This document shows, piece after piece, positions 59,095 through 64,000 of a stretch of DNA of 64,000 bases. This stretch comes from Candidatus Latescibacterota bacterium. GTDB taxonomy: Bacteria; JAAXHH01. How positions within the stretch are numbered: position 1 is the stretch's first letter; the number at the start of each line of letters is the position of its first letter. The stretch spans positions 1,125,045 through 1,189,044 of the forward strand of contig JAJEAN010000007.1 in the NCBI GenBank assembly GCA_022822725.1, read 5' to 3'. A program made the translations under genes and the position numbers. The notes under the pieces are model-generated. The model was not told the origin of the DNA. It saw nothing but the letters and a program-made list of their open reading frames with translations, and made no database searches.

Positions 59095-61122
59095 TCAGGT
59101 TCGCAATTCGTGCCGCTGCTCGGCGATCCTGAACTTTAGTTTGTTGCTGGGCGACTGCGAGGGGAAGGGGTCCATCGGCAACCGCTTGTAGGGGCGGGCC
59201 AGTTCGAGCTTGTAGTAATGCGTGAGCATCAGCAGGTTGATCGCCATGTGCATGTTGGCCCATCGGTGCCCGAGACAGGAGTGCGTGCCCAGTCCGAAAG
59301 GCGCGTAGCCTTTGCCAAGGTGCTCGTTTCGCGGGGGCACGTAGCGGTCGATGTCGAAGGTCTGTGGATCGGGAAACGCCTCTTCCAGGTAGTGCGTGGC
59401 CGTCTGTGCAATCACGAGTTGCGTCCCGACCGGTAATTCGAAACCCACCACCACGCAGGTATTCATCACCGTGCGCATGGCCATGGGCGCGATCGGACTC
59501 ATCCGCAGCGTCTCCATCAGCACCCGGTGGGTCACGTCGATCCGGTCCGGCTTGAAGTCGTCCTCGCCGGGATCGCCATCAGCCCACAGCGCGTCCGCTT
59601 CGGCCGTGACCCGCTCGTACAGATCAGGATTCTGCAGCAGCCAGTAAAGGGCGAAGCCAACCTGGTCGCCCAGGTACATGGCGGTCATCAGGATCGCCCC
59701 CAGCGGCAGCGACAGGTCCGATTCGGGAAGGAACTGGGGATCCGTCGCGTGCAGGGCCAGATACGCGTCCACCACGTCCTTATGCATCCCGACCCTTTGC
59801 GCGGCCGTATGTGTACTTTGCATACGTTCCATGATCCGTTTCATGGTTTTAGCCCGACGGCGCATCGACGGGGTTTTGAGCATGAAACGCGGCAGCATCT
59901 TCATGATGCCTACATTGAGCACCCGTGCCTTGTATTTAAGCGCGTCGACGATCTCGGCCTGCGTGTCAATGCTGGCGAAGAGCGGCGAAGACTGCGCGTT
60001 CAGCAATGGCCGCAGCATCACCTGCGACGGCATCGTGCTGCCGACGTCCCAACCCGCCATGTGCGCGCGGGTCAGGTCATAGACCTCGTCCAGGCGGTCG
60101 GTCAAGGTCTTGCGAGAGTATGCGGGCTGGAGCGACTTGCGAAAACGAAAGTGATCGGCCCCGTCAACCGAATGCATCGAGCGCGACACGCCGTACGCCC
60201 TGTCCACCTCCTCGAAGTACTCCTTGGACCGCAGGAACACGCGCCCCATGCGTTGGGCCCATTCATTCGTCTTCACCCCCGCCAGGAAGATGATGTTCTT
60301 GCGGAACGGGATCCGTAGCTCGAACACCGGACCATACTTTTCAGCCAAAATGGCGAACGCTGACGGCAGCCTGCCCGCTATCAGCTCGCGGTTGAATACC
60401 AGGTCACGCAGGGCCACGGCTGGAATCGGCTTGGTCAACGAGGGCTGGCGAAGCGAGGGCGCGACGATGCTCTGGCCCACCGCCGCCGCAATCGCCCGCC
60501 CGATCAGTTCCATCTTGCAGATAAATTCAACCCGCTCTTCCGCCTCCTCATCCAGTTGGAAAATGAAGCGCATGACATCGCAGGTATTTAACAGGCAAAT
60601 AACGATGATGTCTCTGGGCTCGGGAATCTCGTTCAGGAAGATCGCCTTGCTGATGCGCGTCTTGATGAATTGGCCCGCGCTACCTTCCTGGGAGTCGCTG
60701 GACTGGTCCGTGTGCCAGACAGAAGGAGCCAGTGTCCAGAAGTCGCCCTCGTGGTGTTCCAGGATCTTCTGGTCAACCATGCGATCAAGCACGGAATCTA
60801 TGATAGACTCCGCACGGGGAGCGAGTTTTTCTATCCAGTACTGCGTGTTGTGTTTAACGGATTCGCTTGCGATTTCTTCCAGTATGTCGTCCAGGGTGGT
60901 GTTTCCCGTTTCCCTCCGGTCCACCAGGAACAGGGACTCCATGTCCGTATCGATGCGAGATCTCAGCGAAAGTTCCCCGAGCACCGCGCCGACCACGGCG
61001 CAGTTCAGATTCCAGCCGGGCACCTGATGGAAGTACCCCGTCTCCTCGTTGAGGAGCATCAGGATGAATTCCTGGGTCAGCGTTAATGGTTGGGTCTTCA
61101 CTGCTTCTGTAGGAGTAGCCAT
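59095..61122 (-). CDS. Fusion protein: N-terminal GPP34/GOLPH3-like domain plus C-terminal cytochrome P450
   Basis: ATG at 61122 with GGAG upstream. Residues ~10-230: PLTLTQEFILMLLNEETGYFHQVPGWNLNCAVVGAVLGELSLRSRI aligns with the GOLPH3 motif [44 protein letters not shown]. The C-terminus carries ETLR, FDIDRY and heme-loop FGLGTHSCLG. The I-helix reads LGDQVG (no conserved Thr). Confidence 0.7.
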   Translation of the reverse strand: MATPTEAVKTQPLTLTQEFILMLLNEETGYFHQVPGWNLNCAVVGAVLGELSLRSRIDTDMESLFLVDRRETGNTTLDDILEEIASESVKHNTQYWIEKLAPRAESIIDSVLDRMVDQKILEHHEGDFWTLAPSVWHTDQSSDSQEGSAGQFIKTRISKAIFLNEIPEPRDIIVICLLNTCDVMRFIFQLDEEAEERVEFICKMELIGRAIAAAVGQSIVAPSLRQPSLTKPIPAVALRDLVFNRELIAGRLPSAFAILAEKYGPVFELRIPFRKNIIFLAGVKTNEWAQRMGRVFLRSKEYFEEVDRAYGVSRSMHSVDGADHFRFRKSLQPAYSRKTLTDRLDEVYDLTRAHMAGWDVGSTMPSQVMLRPLLNAQSSPLFASIDTQAEIVDALKYKARVLNVGIMKMLPRFMLKTPSMRRRAKTMKRIMERMQSTHTAAQRVGMHKDVVDAYLALHATDPQFLPESDLSLPLGAILMTAMYLGDQVGFALYWLLQNPDLYERVTAEADALWADGDPGEDDFKPDRIDVTHRVLMETLRMSPIAPMAMRTVMNTCVVVGFELPVGTQLVIAQTATHYLEEAFPDPQTFDIDRYVPPRNEHLGKGYAPFGLGTHSCLGHRWANMHMAINLLMLTHYYKLELARPYKRLPMDPFPSQSPSNKLKFRIAEQRHELRT

Positions 61123-61467
61123 CAGCCTCAGTCTCCCTGCATGATATCCAAACCATCGGCCAATCGCCCTTGTTGCACTTGTAGTTAAGGTAATACTCGG
61201 GCCTGGGGGCAGCAAGTCATATTTTGGTCAGGTTCAGGCTCGGGACAGTGTCGGGGAATGGCCCGCCACAGGTCGATCGGCGACCGAATCGCTAAACCCT
61301 GTGCGAGCATCCTCTACCAGGGAAGCTTCCCGCCCGCCCGGCCGGCGTTTCAGGAATGTGCGCGATGGCGCGCGTCTGAAATCCGCTTGGGAAACGGCAA
61401 CGGCTTCAGGCCGATGTTGCTTCACGCATATTCTATCTCGGTCCACCGTCGCCGTGTGCAATTTTAC

Positions 61468-61499
61468 TTGCAAAAAGGCCCATCGCCCGGGCATATAAT
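61468..61499 (+). promoter_or_regulatory. Candidate promoter for the Rieske oxygenase gene
   Basis: TTGCAA at 61468-61473 and a perfect TATAAT at 61494-61499. The spacer is 20 nt (suboptimal). It sits in an AT-rich patch of a 428 bp divergent intergenic region. Confidence 0.3.
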
Positions 61500-61550
61500 T
61501 ACAGGATCCTTCACTGCACCTGCAGACGGCCACGGCGCCCTTACGGATGT

Positions 61551-62639
61551 ATGCCTATGAACAGGAACACTACCGATCGGATCGCCGAACCTGTCGCAGG
61601 CAAAGCTGCCAGCCGTCCAGCCACCGACATGCCGGATCGACTGCCTCCCTTCCCGGAAGGCTGGTACCTGGTTACATCCCGCAAGACCCTGCTGCGCGAG
61701 AAGCTGATCGAGAAGAAGTGGATGGGTGAGGATATCGTCGCCTGGTGTGACGAGCAGGGCCGTACCTGCGTAGCCGACGCCGTCTGTCCGCACATGGGCT
61801 CGCACCTGGGCCCGGCCGTTGGCGGGCGGATTTGCAACGGCCGCCTCGTCTGCCCGTTCCACGGATTCGAATTCGACGCGACCGGCAAGTGCGTAGCGAC
61901 GCCGAACGCGCCGGCCCCGAAAGCCGCCAGACTAAGCATATACGAGACCCGGGAGATCTTCGGCCTGGTCTTCGCCTGGTACGGAATCGGCGGAAGGCCG
62001 CCGCAATGGCACCTGCCTGGCGAACCGCCCACCGACACGGAATGGGGCGAACTGGGATTTCTGAACCTCAGGTTCCGCAGCCATCCCCAGGAAACCGCGG
62101 AGAACTCGGTGGACTTAGGGCACCTGCGGTACGTGCACGGGTACGACAATGTTAATCCGGTCGGATCGGTTGAGGTGGAAGGCGCGTACCTGAGAAGTGG
62201 TTTCGAATTCAAGCGCGTCCGCAGGATCCTGGGACTGACCGACATGGTCTACGAAGTCTCCGCGGTCGCGCATCTTTACGGACTGGGCTACTCTTTTGTC
62301 GAAATCCACGAGAAAACTATCGATATGCACGCGAGATTCTGGGTCCTTACTACCGCTGTCGACGGCACCCACATAGATCTCGTATTGGCAAGCCAGTTGC
62401 AGGAAATCCGAAAGCCCCGGCGGTTCATTTCGGGCCTGGGTTTCCTGCCATCGAAGCTGCGCCAGAGACTGATGAACCGGATTCTGCTTGCACAGCAGAA
62501 AAGGGATGTGCTGCAGGACGTGGTGATCTGGGAAAGGAAGCGGTTCAGGACGCCTCCCCGGCTGTGCAAGTCCGACGGCCCAGTCGGACTGTTTCGCCGC
62601 TATTGCCGGCAATTCTATCCTGAATCATCCATGGACTGA
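61551..62639 (+). CDS. Rieske [2Fe-2S] non-heme-iron mono-oxygenase alpha subunit (KshA/SdmA/Neverland-like, single-component type)
   Basis: Rieske CPHMGSHL..CPFHG; mononuclear iron motif D-x2-H-x4-H (DLGHLRYVH); 362 aa. Confidence 0.8.
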   Translation: MPMNRNTTDRIAEPVAGKAASRPATDMPDRLPPFPEGWYLVTSRKTLLREKLIEKKWMGEDIVAWCDEQGRTCVADAVCPHMGSHLGPAVGGRICNGRLVCPFHGFEFDATGKCVATPNAPAPKAARLSIYETREIFGLVFAWYGIGGRPPQWHLPGEPPTDTEWGELGFLNLRFRSHPQETAENSVDLGHLRYVHGYDNVNPVGSVEVEGAYLRSGFEFKRVRRILGLTDMVYEVSAVAHLYGLGYSFVEIHEKTIDMHARFWVLTTAVDGTHIDLVLASQLQEIRKPRRFISGLGFLPSKLRQRLMNRILLAQQKRDVLQDVVIWERKRFRTPPRLCKSDGPVGLFRRYCRQFYPESSMD

Positions 62640-62655
62640 CTGGTGCGGGGACCAG
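62640..62655 (+). terminator. Short GC hairpin directly after the Rieske stop
   Basis: ctggt-gcgggg-accag; no U-tract. Confidence 0.2.
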
Positions 62656-62738
62656 ATACACAGCAGCTGAACGCGAAAGCTGCGGGTCAATGGCGTCGAG
62701 AACGTGCAAAGCGCTGCCTGCACCTGCGGACCGAGGGC

Positions 62739-63614
62739 CTAACCACCTTCCTCCAGCTCCGCCAGGGCTTCCAGAACGTCCTGCAGGATGAACTCGTCGT
62801 AGGCATCCCGTACCGGTAGTCCGGCCGCCTTCGACAGCAACGCCCCGGCCCGCTCACGGCCGCCCTCGCGGTCGAGTTCAGGAAGATTGAGCGCATACTC
62901 CAACAGTATGACCCTCGAGTCCGGTGCGAGTTCCAGCGCCCGCTCGAAGTGGCTGATGGCGTCCTCGCGATTTCCTTTGTACAAGAACCGGGCGATACGT
63001 CCGGCACTGGCGATGCCGGCGTGCCAGCTACCCAGGGCCATGTGCGTCTGGGCGAAGTCGGGACTGATGGCGAGCGCGTCTTCGAGCAGACCCCGGATCT
63101 TGCCCGCCAGGCCCCGGCGAAGTGCCGTGATCTTTCCGACGCTCTGGGCATATCGTCCAACGGCGTGCGCGGACCGGTAATACGCTTCGGCATTGGCCGA
63201 ATCGGCACGCACCGCCTCCTCTCCCAGTTTCATCGCGCGTTCCAGGAACTCCTTCCGGTCATCCCCGACCGCCACGTGGTGACCGTACACCGCGAGCGAT
63301 TGCGCTGCCAGGGCGTAGCCTTCGGAGGTGCCCAGGGCTTCCGCGAGATCCGCCGCTTCGAGAAAGCGGCCTTCCTCGAATGCGGTCCGCGCTTCGTCAA
63401 CCTCGAGAAAGCGGCCTTCCTCGAATGCGGTCCGCGCTTCGTCAATCGACTGGGCGTTCGCGTCGGCAGCGCCGAAGAGGCTGGCCGCGCCGACCAGGCT
63501 GGCCGCACCCGTCCCGCCGACCAGGCCGGCTGCGCTGGCCAGGCTGAGCAGGCCAGCCGCCAGGAGCACGAATCTGCCGGTCGCCGCGAATAGAACATAT
63601 CGGATTTGGGTCAT
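62739..63614 (-). CDS. Secreted tetratricopeptide-repeat protein
   Basis: Signal peptide followed by an Ala-rich linker and TPR-like helices. It contains a 15 aa perfect duplication. Confidence 0.6.
   Translation of the reverse strand: MTQIRYVLFAATGRFVLLAAGLLSLASAAGLVGGTGAASLVGAASLFGAADANAQSIDEARTAFEEGRFLEVDEARTAFEEGRFLEAADLAEALGTSEGYALAAQSLAVYGHHVAVGDDRKEFLERAMKLGEEAVRADSANAEAYYRSAHAVGRYAQSVGKITALRRGLAGKIRGLLEDALAISPDFAQTHMALGSWHAGIASAGRIARFLYKGNREDAISHFERALELAPDSRVILLEYALNLPELDREGGRERAGALLSKAAGLPVRDAYDEFILQDVLEALAELEEGG
63358..63447. repeat. 45 bp x2 perfect tandem duplication inside the TPR gene
   Basis: tcgagaaagcggccttcctcgaatgcggtccgcgcttcgtcaa(c/t)c x2, encoding DEARTAFEEGRFLE(V/A) twice. 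Confidence 0.9.
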
Positions 63615-63781
63615 CTGATCATCCGGTTCGATTCAGGTGATGGGCATTTCGCGTGATGACTCTGCGATGCGGGTTCTCAGCTGTAAATGTATGTGATGAA
63701 AGGGAGTTACGCAAGTCTATTCGTTGCGGAGAGGTCGATCCGAGAGATGGTTTACGAACGTATCATACGAGGCTTTGGCCT

Positions 63782-64000
63782 TCATCCATGCGCCGGAACC
63801 TGTTCCTGTGCGGCCGCAAGACCCTTGGATCCGCCGCGCAAGGCGATCAACCGCTGATGTATGGAGGACAGGGCGGGGACGACCACCATCAGGATGGCCG
63901 TAGTGAAGAGAATACCGCACCCGAGGGACGCGGCGAAGGGGATCAGGAACTGGGCCTGTATGGCGGGTTCCAGGATGAGGGGCATGAAGCCGAGGAACGT
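63782..64000 (-). CDS. C-terminal fragment of an RND/MMPL-superfamily-like transporter (the gene continues beyond the window)
   Basis: ..[51 protein letters not shown].., a hydrophobic terminal TM pair typical of RND C-termini. Confidence 0.35.
   Translation of the reverse strand, partial: TFLGFMPLILEPAIQAQFLIPFAASLGCGILFTTAILMVVVPALSSIHQRLIALRGGSKGLAAAQEQVPAHG

Noticed and set aside
61234-61560. Two ~100 aa ORFs inside the P450/Rieske intergenic region
   Set aside because: Overlapping opposite-strand ORFs with no start context or homology. The region is better explained as a shared regulatory region.
3130-63447. Tandem repeats as possible CRISPR arrays
   Set aside because: Only 2-4 units, contiguous without spacers, and mostly in-frame inside CDSs. 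No cas genes are present.
1-64000. Mobile elements, prophage, tRNA/rRNA
   Set aside because: No integrase, transposase, phage structural genes or IS-like terminal inverted repeats were seen. No tRNA-like or rRNA-like stretches are evident by eye in the few intergenic regions longer than 150 bp. tRNAscan-SE or Infernal would be needed for certainty.

Overview
This 64 kb window is a GC-rich (about 65%) bacterial chromosomal segment with roughly 90% coding density. The host is probably a diderm, judging from a LolCD-type lipoprotein release pair, an outer-membrane beta-barrel protein, and Tat and Sec signal peptides. I found no rRNA, tRNA, CRISPR array, integrase, transposase or prophage genes; a tRNAscan/Infernal run would be needed to be certain about tRNAs. 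The window holds: (i) a housekeeping minus-strand block: clpC (truncated at the window start), mcsB, mcsA, lolD, lolC/E, lysS, prfB (with the classical +1 frameshift site CTT TGA C), Gfo/Idh/MocA, radC, SPFH, nfeD and a large protein ending in a PlsB-like acyltransferase domain; (ii) scattered metabolic genes (MlrC-like, SDR, enolase-superfamily, ceramidase-like, OYE, GH clan A, pyrH, pncB, fabV, PHP, trmB, bcp, bioY, SulP); (iii) a plus-strand array of BioY, a family-5 SBP, two PhyH dioxygenases, an M14 carboxypeptidase and Ldh_2; (iv) a LarA-family gene with a near-consensus sigma70 promoter and a palindromic operator; (v) a tightly packed 7-gene plus-strand operon (transglutaminase-like, epimerase, DHDPS-like aldolase, MR/MLE, Gfo/Idh/MocA, hydantoinase A and B) that looks like an uncharacterised cyclic-amide/sugar-acid catabolic pathway; (vi) the most interesting locus at 57.2-64 kb: a GPP34(GOLPH3)-cytochrome P450 fusion, a 3beta-HSD-type extended SDR and a steroid-5alpha-reductase-family membrane protein in one coupled minus-strand unit, transcribed divergently from a KshA/SdmA/Neverland-type Rieske mono-oxygenase, with a partial RND exporter at the window edge. 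I interpret this as a candidate polycyclic-lipid (sterol/steroid-like) tailoring system. A recurring oddity is the number of perfect 18-45 bp in-frame tandem duplications inside otherwise conserved genes.
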